Source: Octopus bimaculoides
Taxonomy: Eukaryota
Direction: 5' to 3'
NCBI RefSeq assembly: GCF_001194135.2
Contig: NC_068984.1
Coordinates: 123,114,700 to 123,178,699, forward strand
Length of the DNA stretch: 64,000 nucleotides
The notes below the pieces were generated by a model. The model was not told the DNA's origin. It was given only the letters and a program-made list of their open reading frames with translations, and ran no database searches. Shown here one piece after another: positions 36,041-48,239 of this stretch; position 1 is the first letter of the stretch; every line of letters begins with the position of its first letter. The position numbers and the translations under genes are program-made.

Positions 36041-37140
36041 GGTTGGGCAAAAAGTTTGTTCACTTTTTTTCCTTTGTGCATACATACTTGTTAGATATCT
36101 GACACCATTCACTTTTTACCTTTCTGATGAAACAGGTTGTATTTTGTATGTTTGAGATCAGCCTGAAAATGGAAAATCAAATTGAACATTATTGATATAT
36201 CATGGTTTTTTTTATTGTAAAAATGGCAAGAAAGCAGCAGAAACCAGCAAGAAGATATGTATTGTATATGAAGAGGATGCTGTTATGTAACATGTGTGCC
36301 AGAAGTGGTTTTCAAGATTTTGATAGGGAAATTTTTCTATTCAAGTTGCTCCTTGCTATGGCTAGCCAAATGGTGTTAACATTGACAATGTGAAGAAGTT
36401 AGTCAAGACTAACTCCTGTTTTATAATTGCAGATATTCTCCAATTATCCAAATTGGGTGTTGAAAATCATCTGCGTCAGCTTTATTATGTCAGCAGGCTC
36501 AGTATTTGGATCCCACATCAATTGAATAAAGAGAAGAACATGGCCCAATAAATGATGCATGAGGAAAATGGTCCTTTTTTTTAATAGAATAGAGACAGGA
36601 GAAAAAAAAAAGCAGATTGCCTATAACAGTGTGAGATGCAAAAGGTCATGGGGGAAGCAATGCAAACCACCATAAACAACCTTCAAAAAAGGACTTCTCC
36701 TTAAGAAAGTTATGCTTTCAATTTGGTGGGATTGGAAGGGTGTTGTCTTCTATGAGTTTTTTTCTATGAAAAGGACCATCAGTTCAGATGTGTACTATGA
36801 CCATCTGGACAAATTAAATGCAACAGTCTACCAGAAGTGTCCAGAACTTACTGATCTTAAGGGGATTGTCTTTCAGCACAACAATGCCAGATGTTACACA
36901 CCTTTGCAAATGTGGCAGACATTATTGGGGTTGAGGTGAGAGGTTTTGCCTCATCCTCTGTATTTGCCTGACCTTGTGTCTTCAGATTTCCACCTGTTTT
37001 GGTCTTCAAAATTCATTGAATAGAGAGACCTTTACCTCTGAAGAGGATGTAAAAATTCACCTGGAAGAGTTCTTTGCCAGTAAAGACAGGAAATTCTTTG
37101 AGCATGGAATAAGGGATCAGCCCAAAAGATGGTAGAAGAT
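36037..37140 (+). mobile_element. Decayed mariner transposon (second family)
   Basis: TIR-like ACTGGGTTGGGCAAAAAGTT. Motifs MLSIWWDWKGVVFYE, FQHNNAR and HPLYLPDLVSSDFHLF. It is frameshifted. Confidence 0.88.
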
Positions 37141-37216
37141 ACTATGTATGTGTGTGTGTGTGTGTAGACACTTATACATACACATATGCACATGCACGCA
37201 CACATACACACTATAT

Positions 37217-37253
<37 letters not shown>

Positions 37254-37261
37254 TATATATA

Positions 37262-37790
37262 TGTAGTTGTTGACAGTTACTCTGAGGTCCCTAGTGATGT
37301 TGGATGTCACAAGCTTTTCATCCCATGGAAGAGTGTCTTGTAGCTTAAGTGCAACCTCCTTACTGAAGTAGATTAATTCAAATTTATTCTTGTTTAGCTG
37401 CATATTGTGTTTTTCTGCCCATTGGATAACAGTGAGCGGATCCGATTGGAGATTAGTCCAGTCTCCTGCCCTGTCGATGACCTTCAGAAGCTTAATCATC
37501 CACAGAAATTCTAATGCTGCTGTGTTTCATGATATCAATGATGTCATTGATGTATGTAAATAATGAAAAGGAATGGACCCAATACAGTGCCTTGTGGGAC
37601 TCTACTGATGACTCTTGCAGAGCTTGGCTGAACACCATCTATCACCACATGCTGGCTTCTGTTCAACAGAAAACACTTAGTCTACTTTCATAGTTTCCCT
37701 TGGACTCCAATGTTCAATATTTTCTTTAATAGGATGCTGTGGTCAGCTTTGTTGAATGATTTGCAGAAGTCCAGATAGATGACATCTGCA
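37262..37790 (-). mobile_element. CR1/L2-type LINE RT fragment
   Basis: IYLDFCKSF..DHSILLKK, VPQGTVLGPFLFIIYIND, and WAEKHNMQLNKNKFELI. Confidence 0.8.
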
Positions 37791-37849
37791 ATGGAAATTG
37801 TAACAATAATATAAAGAATGTAAATGTTACATATCATTTAAATGCTGAA

Positions 37850-39330
37850 AGGTTTCTGAACCACCTGGTTGCTTCTAAAAAACAAGGGTCTTGACAATGG
37901 CTCTTCTAAAACACTTAAATATTGCCTCATGGAACTTGCTCCTATACTCTCTAAACTCTTAAATCTCTCACTCTCTACTGGCATTTGGAAATATATTGTA
38001 TGCCCCATTCCAAAGAAAAGCAGCCCCTTTGGCCCTGATAACTATTGTCCCACTGTTTTCACTTCTAATACCTCAAAAGTAATGGAGACAGTCATTAACA
38101 ATGACATTCTCCTACACTTTGAACCTCTCTCCTCAGTGATTATTGGTATGGCTTCTTCTGAGCCAAATCCACTGGAGACCTCCTCTCTTATGTCACTCAC
38201 CAGTGGGCATTTGCTTTAGAGAAGTTTGGCAAAAGCAATATTGCTCTAGACATCAACAAAGCCTTTGAGTGTGTCTGGCATATAAATCTCCTGTTATAAC
38301 TTCCTGCTTACAGACTATACTGATCTCACATTTCTTGTATCAGTAGCTTCCTATAAGATCACACTATTGTGGCACCCTATCAGATCACACTATTGTGGAA
38401 ATGATCCTACTCTTATGCAGATGAGATAATCCTTCATTCTTTCTTATTTTGTCTTGGTCTGGCATCATCTACACACAATCTACACACCACATGCCAAACC
38501 TGTTTTGATTCCATAAACAAAGACCTTAAGAGCCATGACAATCTTGCCTCTTTTAGCAACAAAAACTCGAACCCTAATCACTCAGCTAGAGTCCCCACAA
38601 TTGCTTCAAATGTTGGGCTTAATTATTACTGAGGTGGCAAGCTGATAGAATCATTAGTGCATTAAACAAAATGCTTAGTGGAATTTCTTCTGGCTCTTTA
38701 TGCTTTGTGTTTGAAACATGCTGAAGTCAACTTTACCTTTCATCCTTTTGGGGCTGATAAAATAAGTACCAGTTGAATACTAGGGTCAATGTTATTGACT
38801 ACCCCACTTCCGACTAAAATTGCTGGTCTTGTGCCAAAAGAATTATTACTGAGGATCTCTAATGGCAAAAGCATGTCCTTAGCTAGGACTACATCGAAAG
38901 GCTACCCCTTGTCTTCAGAGCTCGAAGATATTTCAGCCCCTAATTACTGTGTACTGTACTCACATCTAAGATGGTGCTGCTATTGCTACACTCACAGATG
39001 TCCTGGACTTCCACAAAAAAAGTGCCATGTGACTAATAGGCGTTCATTCAGTAACAGACACTTCAGCCTGATTCACAAATATCTGGTCTTTGTTGTTTCC
39101 ACTGCTACTCTAATGGCTTCTTCTCTTTGGGCATATCTTCACCTCTCTGACACACCCAGCCCTCTTGTTCTATACCTTTCATCACCCTTGTTGCATCCAG
39201 CCTCTGGTCCATGTTAATGATTATATCCAGTTCTCTCTCTCCAGTACATCAGCCCTTTGGAATCTTCTCCCTGCTCATGTCTTTTCTACAGGTGTTGACC
39301 TGCAACAGTTTAAACAGAACATTAGGAGTA
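37850..39330 (+). mobile_element. Degenerate CR1/L2/Jockey-group LINE RT remnant with internal deletions
   Basis: LAPILSKLLNLSLSTG, PIPKK..P.NYCP, and ALDINKAFECVWH. An 18-nt duplication at 38356-38398 and a SINE fragment at ~38730-38845 lie within it. Confidence 0.7.
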
Positions 39331-39492
39331 TTGCTGGTCTCAAAAGGACTGCAAGAGACAAGGACACAGCTCCTTCCCTGGAAATGAAGGGCACTGCTTG
39401 AATGATAGTGACATTCATTTTATAATTGTCACACATACGTATAAATGACACCTTTGTTCTCCAACTACTTTAACTTATTATTTTCCTTTCAG

Positions 39493-39641
39493 AATACATG
39501 GTTGACTTTGTGATGGGAGAATGCAAACTTGAAGAGTACCTAGAGAAATTCCCCCCATGTGAGAAGAATATCAACAAAGCTATAAGTGAACTTACTGAAG
39601 CTGAGGCCCTTTTAAACCGAGTGATTCAAGGGGACAATAGG
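39493..39641 (+). CDS. TTC7: TTC7 coding exon 2
   Basis: tttcag acceptor and gtaagt donor, 149 nt. Encodes (E)YMVDFVMGECKLEEYLEKFPP...RVIQGDNR (compare TTC7B LLGESKLEQYLKEHP). Phases are consistent. Confidence 0.92.
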
Positions 39642-41933
39642 GTAAGTGTGATGATTGAAACCATTTATTTTCTCTTTGTATGTTTTTAGTTAGCTCTTTT
39701 TAACTGATATTAATTTCTAAGATTACTTTAACAGTTGACATTCATCATCATCATCAGCAGCAGCAGCAGCTAGATCATCATTTAATGTTAATTTTCCATG
39801 CTGGCATGAGGTGGTTGGTTTGAAAGGACTTGATGAACCAGAGGACTGCACTGAACTCCAGTGTCTGCTTTAGCATGGTTTCTACGGCTGAATGCCATTT
39901 CTTATGCCAACCACTTTACAAAGTGAACAGAGTGCCTTTTCCGTGGCACTGACTCTTAGTGAGGTCACCAAGTAACTTGTAAGGCAAATCCATCTCAACT
40001 GATTAATTCTGATTGGACTTGATTTGCTTTTTGATGACCAAATATACCACTGACCGTTCTTTTGAAGCACAGAAATAAGATTCCAGAGCTGTATTGTGTT
40101 GGAGGAGCTTGTATAAGATATACATTTCTCAAATTAAGGAGTATCTAGCCGGATGCAATGTTAGATTAGTGAAGCTGCTAACCTTGCAATAAGAGAGGGA
40201 CCATTGGTGAAAGTGGATTAGCCAGGGCTCATCATAATCATCATCGTTTAATGTCCACTTTGCATGCTGGCATGGGTTGGACAGTTTGACATAGAGCTGG
40301 CTAACAGGAGCTGTCCAGGCTCCAGCTGTCTGTTGAGGCATGGTTCCTATGGTTGGATGCCCTTCCTAATGCCAACCACTTAACAGAATGTGCTGAGTGC
40401 TTTTTACATGCCTCCTTATGGAATGGGAAGAAGGGGTCAAAGAAAAAGATCACTACTAAATATGGGCATATCATAGGGACATGATGCTGATAGAATTGTA
40501 CCCTTAACTCTTTAGCATTCAGATTAGTCTGTCAAATGTAATGCTAATTTATTCATGTTGTTCTGAATTATTATACTGTTTCAGACCTATACAATTTCAA
40601 TGATGTGATTGTTTAGTTTTAGTATGACATTGTAGAGTAAGGTCAGTGATGCCAGATCTGGTTGCTTTGAGCATCAAACAAGTAGAATGTTTTGGCTGGA
40701 TATGACCAGTTTAAATGCTAAAGGGTTAAATCAAGGTATGTTTTACTTTGACACTTGTTATCATATTCTGCAAGGGTTATTGAATAATGATGAAATACTG
40801 TCTAGTTGTCAAAGAATTAACTTAAATTCTCTGTACTATTTGGTTTGGAGGAACACAATCTTAAATTTACATTCCTTGAGGTTGATTTAAATTTCCTTTG
40901 AACTAATTGTTGATGAAATTAGGTTCTGTACCTGGTAGCATGTACCATGCTTTCACAAATTGTTTTAGGTGGCTATGTAGTGATGAGTATAAATAGACTG
41001 CCTCTTAGCTTCACCTCATATGTAACAATGAAAAACAGAAAAAAACAACTATGGTGAATATATAATGAAATTATCTTTGTGACTGAATCTGTTTCATGCT
41101 CATATATACAGGTAATCAAAATGATTAAATTATGTTACGAATGAACTAAGATGAAAGAAATGTAAAGTTTATAAAATGAAAATTATATCTATCTATTTAA
41201 GCGATTTTGCTCTCTTCAATTTCTGTATACTATTTCAGTATTAAAGAAAAGAATACAAGAAATAATTCAATATAGTTACAGTAAATGCTTTGAATACTTT
41301 CACTGTTGAGTATTTTAGATTGGTTATATTCACCTTGAGACTCTTCAATTCAAGCTTCATATCTCTTGTTTCAAACCCCATAACTTCTGAATTGAATCTA
41401 TAATGAGAATCAAGATGTTAGAAAATAGAAGGTCCAATAACTGCAACTTAGAAATGTTTTTTAAGTATTTTCTTGTAACTGTCTCAATAGCAATATGGCA
41501 ACTCTGGTTCCTTACCCAGAACTAAATAGACATTGCAGAATCACCTGTTGCTTATAATAACTCCACTATGACATTTTCGACTGTTCATTATTTAATCCAT
41601 TAAACCTCTGTAATTAAACTATTAAAGTATTAATTAGTATAATCTTATTAGATTTATAGTATCAGCTTTAAAAATTTGTTGTCGATTAAAAAGTGCTATG
41701 AAACTTATTTTATTAAAAAGTTCTGATAAACATTAATTTGTGAACATTTCAATTTATTGTATGTGAAAATTTTAAAATGTACTGAAAAAAATGCTAACTT
41801 TAACCGTTCATTGTTAAAAATATCTCAGAAAATTGTAAAAGGAACAGCTTTTTATATTATTATTATTATTGCATTGAGGTAGATTCATTAAAAGATACAT
41901 GCACTGTTTTATTCACTTTTACATTATTATTCG

Positions 41934-42140
41934 AGCTGGCAGAATTGTTAGCATACCTGGCAAAATGCATAGTGGCATTTCATCTGTCTTCATGTTCTGA
42001 GTTCAAATTCCACCGAGGTTGACTTTGCTTTTTAACATTTTGGTGGTCAATAAAATAAGTAGCAGTTGAACATTATGGGTCAATGTAATCAACTTAGCCG
42101 CTCCACCAAAATTACTGGGCTTTTGGCAAGATTTGAAACC
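41934..42140 (+). mobile_element. tRNA-derived SINE family Y
   Basis: A box TGGCAGAATTGTTAG and B box GAGTTCAAATTCC. Copies at ~24783-24985(-), 42535-42750, 43193-43330 and 50245-50455, with fragments at 3905-3990 and 17470-17572. Confidence 0.8.
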
Positions 42141-42267
42141 ATTATTATTATTCAGTTCTATATTTAAGAGATGAGGAATTATTTACATTATTTACATTTG
42201 ATGGATATTTGTCCTCATCTTGTTTTATAGATTTATAAGCCCTAAAATTCACTCCATAATTGCCCAC

Positions 42268-42506
42268 GGACATATGGCGTAGTGGTTAAGAGCACAGGCT
42301 ACTAACCCCAAGATTCCGAGTTCGATTCCAGGCAGTGACCTGAATAATAAATAATAATGATAACATTGAAAAATACCTTAGGAATGAGAACCCAGGTTCG
42401 AAATTTCCCCAAGACACCTGATGAAGGCTGGAGGGTGTATCAGCCAAAACATTATGTTAACAACAAACAAGATGAGGACAAATATCCATCAAATGTAAAT
42501 AATGTA
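42268..42506 (+). mobile_element. tRNA-headed short element with hammerhead-like core and Penelope-like tail
   Basis: A box TGGCGTAGTGG, B box GAGTTCGATTCC, then GACAC-CTGATGA-AGGCTG-loop-CAGCC-AAAAC. The last 42 nt are repeated in inverted orientation at 42184-42225. Confidence 0.6.
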
Positions 42507-43149
42507 CATTATTATTATTATTATTACTTTGTAATAAGGTGGTGAACTGGTAGTATTGTTAGCACTGACAAAATTTTTATTGGCATTTCTTCTAACACAT
42601 TACGTTCTGAGTTCAAATTCCATCAAAGTCAATTTTTGCCTTTCATCCTTTCGGGGTTGATAAAAAAAAAGTACCAGCTGAGCACTAGGGTCGATATAAC
42701 TGACTAACCCCCTTCTCCCAGAATTTCAGGCTTGGTGCCTATAGTAGAAAAAAATTATTATTATTTTGTAATAATATGGTATATTATTAGGTATCAAAAT
42801 ATTTTATTGTACATTCATTAAAAGATAAAGTGACAGTTACCAGGTTGTAGATGTAAGATAGAGGCTTTGACACTTAATATATGATATTATTAAACATTCA
42901 TAATTAAGTAACAGTATATGTGTGTCTTTTACAATGGCTGCAATGACTCCACCATGATGCAATAAACAATTTTATGTCACTTGCCAAACTAGTGCAACTC
43001 AAGAATATATTATATATTTTTCAATTATTTCACATTAATTCTCTTGGAACACAGTTAATTGTTTTCATAGTTGGATAGACTTTCTGCCATTCACTACTCA
43101 ACTGTGAAATAGAATCAGGAGTTGTTTGTCTGTCAAGCAAGTAATTTGG

Positions 43150-43187
<38 letters not shown>

Positions 43188-43529
43188 TATTAAGGCGGTG
43201 AGCTGGCAGAATTGTTAGCATGCTGGATGGACTGCTTAGCAGTATTTTGTCTGTCTATATGTTCTGAGTTCAAATTCAGCCGAGGTTGACTTTGCTTTTC
43301 ATCCTTTTGGAGTTGATACTTTAAGTACCANNNNNNNNNNNNNNNNNNNNNNNNNNNNNNNNNNNNNNNNNNNNNNNNNNNNNNNNNNNNNNNNNNNNNN
43401 NNNNNNNNNNNNNNNNNNNNNNNNNNNNNNNNNNNNNNNNNNNNNNNNNNNNNNTATTATTATTATTATTATTATTATCATCATTGCCTTTGCACAGCTT
43501 CTAATGCTGGAGATGTACTATGGTGTCAG

Positions 43530-43860
43530 CTGTTCCCTACCAGTGAACTAAAGTAACACCTCTTATTTTTCGAGCACCTTCCAGAGTATTCGAGCAGTTC
43601 CAAGCAGTGCTGTTTTCTGCAAGTGCTCCACCCTTATTGCAGCCCCTATTTGTTCCACGTACTTCTTGAGATTTTTGCTCACTGTTCCCAGCTCTGACAA
43701 TTATTGGTACTACTGCTACTTTTTTCATCAACCACAACTGCTTAACTTCCCAAGCTAACCTGTCATACATATCTCTTGACTTTTCTTTCTTCCTTATCAC
43801 ATACTTTGTTGTCAGCGTTTTCTTTCTCAGGGCGTGCTATATCTATGATCCAGCATAGTT
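43530..43860 (-). mobile_element. 3' end of an R4/Dong-like LINE (restriction-like endonuclease C-terminus)
   Basis: LAWEVKQLWLMKKVAVVPIIV followed, after a frameshift, by TVSKNLKKY...LQKTALLGTARILWKVLEK*. Confidence 0.7.
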
Positions 43861-45103
43861 TGTTTTATTATTATTATTTGTCATTGATGCTTCTGTAACT
43901 TTCTTTTTTCTAGGTAGTAGTGTTGGCCCTATACAAATCCATTTTTACCTTTGGGAAGAGGTGGTTCATATTAATCTGGCCTCTATTCTTTAACCTGTCC
44001 AACATGGGAGGCCCTACTAGGAGCTTGTACTTTTTTGGCACAGCTCTCAAGGTCATTGAGGTACACAAGCACCCCACTACAACAATGATTGGACCTAGGG
44101 GTGAATTCCTATAAACTAGTCCGACAATATTTGGGAAAGAGAAACACCATCAAGGACAGTGGTGACAGTATTGAAGGAGACTTAAGTTCATAGTCACTTT
44201 TGTGTCACAATATGAATGGGTGTTCAGTACTGACATAACTTTTGGTGATATGCAGGCAGGTGGTATGATTGTGGACATACAGTTCCTCATGTTCCTGCAA
44301 GGTGGCAAAGCAATACTGGTATTATGTCTTCTACAGAGTATTGAGAAGGTGGCCTTAAAACTTGGTAACCAGGGTAGAAACCCAGCTGCTACAGATATGT
44401 TAGTGAAAGCCATTTACAACCTTTCTGTGTAGACAGCTTAAAAGGATAAAAACAATAGTAACAAAGCATGGAGGTTGCTGATCCTAAGCGGTTACTAAGG
44501 TCATGAGAAAAAAAAATCACCCTGTCTTCATTGTCAGGAGCTAACCAAGAGACCTAAGACCTAAGAAATTTTCTCAGTCACAACTGGCAGCGAATAAACA
44601 AGGGGAAATAAATCAAGAAATTGTGATCGTTGCTAAACATTTGCTGTCAATGAAAATTACTAGTTGGTAACATATTTTGTTGTCTGAAGATTTCTTAGCA
44701 AAAAGCTTCTATCCTGTGTGTGTGTGGATCTTGGTTTCAGGTATGTATATGTGTGCTGTAAATGGAAAATACTAGTCATCATACAATGACCTTTTCTATA
44801 CTGCAGTCACAGCATGGTTCTGAGTTTTAATATACTATAACCTGTTGCCTGTGATGTAAATTATCGATAACTTTAGATTCATCAGTTGTAATGATACCGA
44901 GAACTTTCTATTGAGTTGAGCAGTGTTGGTTGAGCATGTTATTCAAAGTGTTCAGACATATTTTGTTACATCTCGAACTAGTACTTTGTAGTTGGTGGTT
45001 CTTCTTTCTGTATCCAACTTCTTTGTAATTACATACAGTATTCCCAGCCTCTGTGAAACTCTTTCACTGATGTTTGCTTATGCAGTTAACTTAAAAAAGC
45101 TCC

Positions 45104-45332
45104 TTAACCCTTTCATTACTGTATTTATTTTGAGATGCTCTGTGTTTCTTTCAATTATTTTAAATATAACAAAGAATTTAGTAAAACGACTTAGTTATCA
45201 TTAAGCTAGTGTTAAGAACATAAATTGTGACTAAGGTTTGGTGGAAGATTTTAATTTAAAACTTATGAAAACAAAACATTTGTACTACAGAGCCAGAGCT
45301 GGTTTCAGCCGGGTTGGTAACGAAAGGGTTAA
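45104..45332. mobile_element. piggyBac-like MITE family B
   Basis: TTAA on both sides. TIRs CCCTTTCATTAC / CCCTTTCGTTAC. A decayed relative lies at 58830-59052 and a partial one at ~4717. Confidence 0.85.
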
Positions 45333-45509
45333 ACAAGTATTTGCACTCACACGAACTTGCTGTTGATGATAATATCTTGAATTTGAAATTCCTTTTTCAT
45401 AACCTGCTTATAATTCTCAAAGTGCAATTTGAGGTTTGACAAACTTTATAATACCTTTGTAAAACTATTTTCTGAATATAAAATTTAAGACTGCTTGTCT
45501 TCATTTCAG

Positions 45510-45672
45510 TTCAAATTCGATGCTCAACTTTTATTAGTCAAAATCCACTACTGTCGTGGCAATTATACTGGTGCTTATGCTTTATTGGAAAAAGCTGATA
45601 TTGATAACATCACTATTAAGTCTCCCTCAATCCGGTTTCTACGGATTTTAGCCGAAGGCTATGCTATTAAAG
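45510..45672 (+). CDS. TTC7: TTC7 coding exon 3
   Basis: tttcag acceptor and gtaagt donor, 163 nt. Encodes FKFDAQLLLVKIHYCRGNY...LRILAEGYAIK(G) (compare TTC7B LRVIAEAYATKG). Confidence 0.95.
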
Positions 45673-47006
45673 GTAAGTAACATATTTTATTTGTTGGTTG
45701 AGCTGATTGCCTTATCTCACTTTCAATGTCTTCTGTTTTTCCACCGTAAGCCATTGTTTAAATATTGTTACACGAAGGATAGAAGGAAATCAACTTATGA
45801 ATTGAAAGATCCAGTCTTCAGTAACACAATAGGGCAGAATTCATTATGCAGAAATATGTATCCAAAGTCTTTAGCAAAATAATGAACCACTTGTTAATTT
45901 TCCCATTTTACTAATGCACGGATTACTGAAGGTGTTCCTACCCTGTGGTACTAATTTACATTTAGGTGGATGAACCTGTTTGATAGTCATCTCCTGGTTA
46001 CAGACATAACATAGTGTCAATGAAAGATATGAATTATCAGCCTATCACTCAGTTACTTGCACTTGGTTGCATTTTAAGTTTTGATGTTTGTAATAACTTA
46101 GCTTATTGAAGCAGCACTGAAGATTTTGTCTTCATGTGTACCATGTCTGTTCTGGAGAGGCTACCTCTCTCCCAAGTTATACTCACAGTAAGATTGGAAC
46201 TCAGTACTACAAAGCTAATGAAACACCTTATCAACTGAATTATATTCCTATTGTTCACAACTGCCAGGTGTACCTTTCCATGGTACCAATTTACAACTCA
46301 GCAGACAACAGTTATATCAAGGTAACCAATACTAACGTTAGGATATGAATTGTTGACTCTTTGGCTAATGGTCTCTATTTTCTGGCCTTGAAGAGGAAGA
46401 CTAGTCTGTGGGATGCAGTTTTAGATCTGTTTGGCGTAATGAGTCTCTGGAAAGGATTTTTGAGGATAACGAAGGCCAGAAATTGTAGTGTTTATTTGTG
46501 TGATATTTCAATATTAACTTGACTGTGTTCAACTCTCGAAGTTTAGATGTTGCCAAGATTAATAAAAATGATTATTTCATATTCAACTCTGTGTGAATTG
46601 TATGATAACATAATCTGGCTGTTCGATTTTCATTACCAGTTTAAGAAATATTGTAATTTGATATAAATGTTAAAGATTTCACATCTGAAGGATTTATTTG
46701 TAATGCTTAGCTAATTTTCTGAATCTCAAGGTTTGAAGGAAATTTGCTGTTATTTCCAGTAAGTTGTGTGACCACATAAATGCTCCTTTGTTGACTTATG
46801 AGTGAGTTGTAAGATGAAGTGTATATTAATGCAATATTTAGATATTGGGTTGATTACTTTTATCTTTTTTATGATTTTTGTTTCAAACTAAAATAGAATC
46901 AATATTTCTCCTAGAAATTAATTCAATCTTCCATGCTTAGGACTGTAATGTTCTCTGTAACATTCTCCTGTAATTGATATATTTTTTATACCTTTTAGTC
47001 AAGAGG

Positions 47007-47394
47007 AGAGGCGCAATGGCCCAGTGGTTAGGGCAGCGGACTCGCGGTCATAGGATCGCGGTTTCGATTCCCAGACCGGGTGTTGTGAGTGGTTATTAAG
47101 CGAAAACACCTAAAGCTCCATGAGGCTCCGGCAGGGGATGGTGGCGAACCCTGCTGTACTCTTTCACCACAACTTTCTCTCACTCTTACTTCCTGTTTCT
47201 GTTGTGCCTGTAATTCAAAGGATCAGCCTTGTCACACTGTGTCACGCTGAATATCCCCGAGAACTACGTTAAGGGTACACGTGTCTGTGGAGTGCTCAGC
47301 CACTTGCACGTTAATTTCACGAGCAGGCTGTTCCGTTGATCGGATCAACTGGAACCCTCGACGTCGTAAGCGACGGAGTGCCAACAACAACAAC
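47007..47394 (+). mobile_element. Young full-length tRNA-derived SINE with TSD
   Basis: A box 47017-47027, B box 47060-47071, CpG-rich body and (CAA)n tail. Flanked by the direct repeat AGTCAAGAGG(A) at 46997-47007 and 47395-47405. Confidence 0.9.
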
Positions 47395-47986
47395 AGTCAA
47401 GAGGAAAGGCAGCACCCATGACACTGAGACTAGTGGGAGGGAGGGGAGGAAGGTATTCTCACGCTGGAGACCTTACCCAAATGCTTGTAACAGAATGGAT
47501 TCTGCTAAGAAGGACACCTGAGGCAACAGGTAGTGGTGGTGAACTGGGCAATGATGAGGTAAAAGAATAAAAAGAATATATAAATTTATAACAGGAAAAG
47601 TGGACACAATATCTTGGAATTCCATCAGTCAGTAACATGTCATAGAAATTGTATAAGAAATGGTATGATAATCTAAGTAGACAGTAAGTATTCTCTCTAA
47701 CAGAATCAATACTAACAGGAACCAATAACCAAGTATGGATTTTGAGTCAAAGAAAACCAACAGCTTGAAGAATACACTTGATGGCTATTGGAAAAGCCTT
47801 TCTAATATGAAGAAAAGGTGTTTATGAGTTACTTAACTGTAAAATTAAGTAAAAATAAAGTTAGTGGTTGATATTTTTGTTGCTCAGAACCATCACATGT
47901 ACCCCTTTCTCTTAGTATCATTTTCATTTCATTATAATCAAACATATGAACTTTTAATTGTGTATATAAATAATTTCTCATTATAG

Positions 47987-48239
47987 GTCTTTGCTTGGAA
48001 CGGATGCCCCCAGCAACCACTAGCAAATTTAAAGCTGCTGAGAAAGAGGAGAAGATAATTCATTATTTTGAAAAAGCTGGTGATCTGGCGTTGTTACATT
48101 TACAAGAACAGGAGAGGAGTCAGACCAGTGGGCAGCTAGGTGTTGGGCAGGTATCACTAGCCCCTGTTAACGTGAACGATGTGGGACTTATTCTGGAAAC
48201 TGCAATACAACAGGCTCCCATTTTACACATTAAAAATGG
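47987..48239 (+). CDS. TTC7: TTC7 coding exon 4
   Basis: ttatag acceptor and gtcagt donor, 253 nt. Encodes (G)LCLERMPP...FEKAGDLALLHLQEQER...LILETAIQQAPILHIKN(G) (compare TTC7B GLCLEKLP..YEKAGDIALLYLQE). Confidence 0.95.

Noticed and set aside
35718-36155. ORFs rich in HT, CV, YI or RE repeats (also 23322-23562, 33828-34070, 48411-48653, 49114-49339, 63505-63763)
   Set aside because: Translations of microsatellites with no coding signal.
42272-42345. tRNA-like sequences here and at 47007-47080
   Set aside because: They lack acceptor stems and continue into repeat bodies, so they are SINE heads and not tRNA genes.
48145-48156. Internal CAG|GTATCA donor-like site in TTC7 exon 4
   Set aside because: Its use would shift the frame relative to exon 5, and the conserved LETA..Q motif lies downstream of it.
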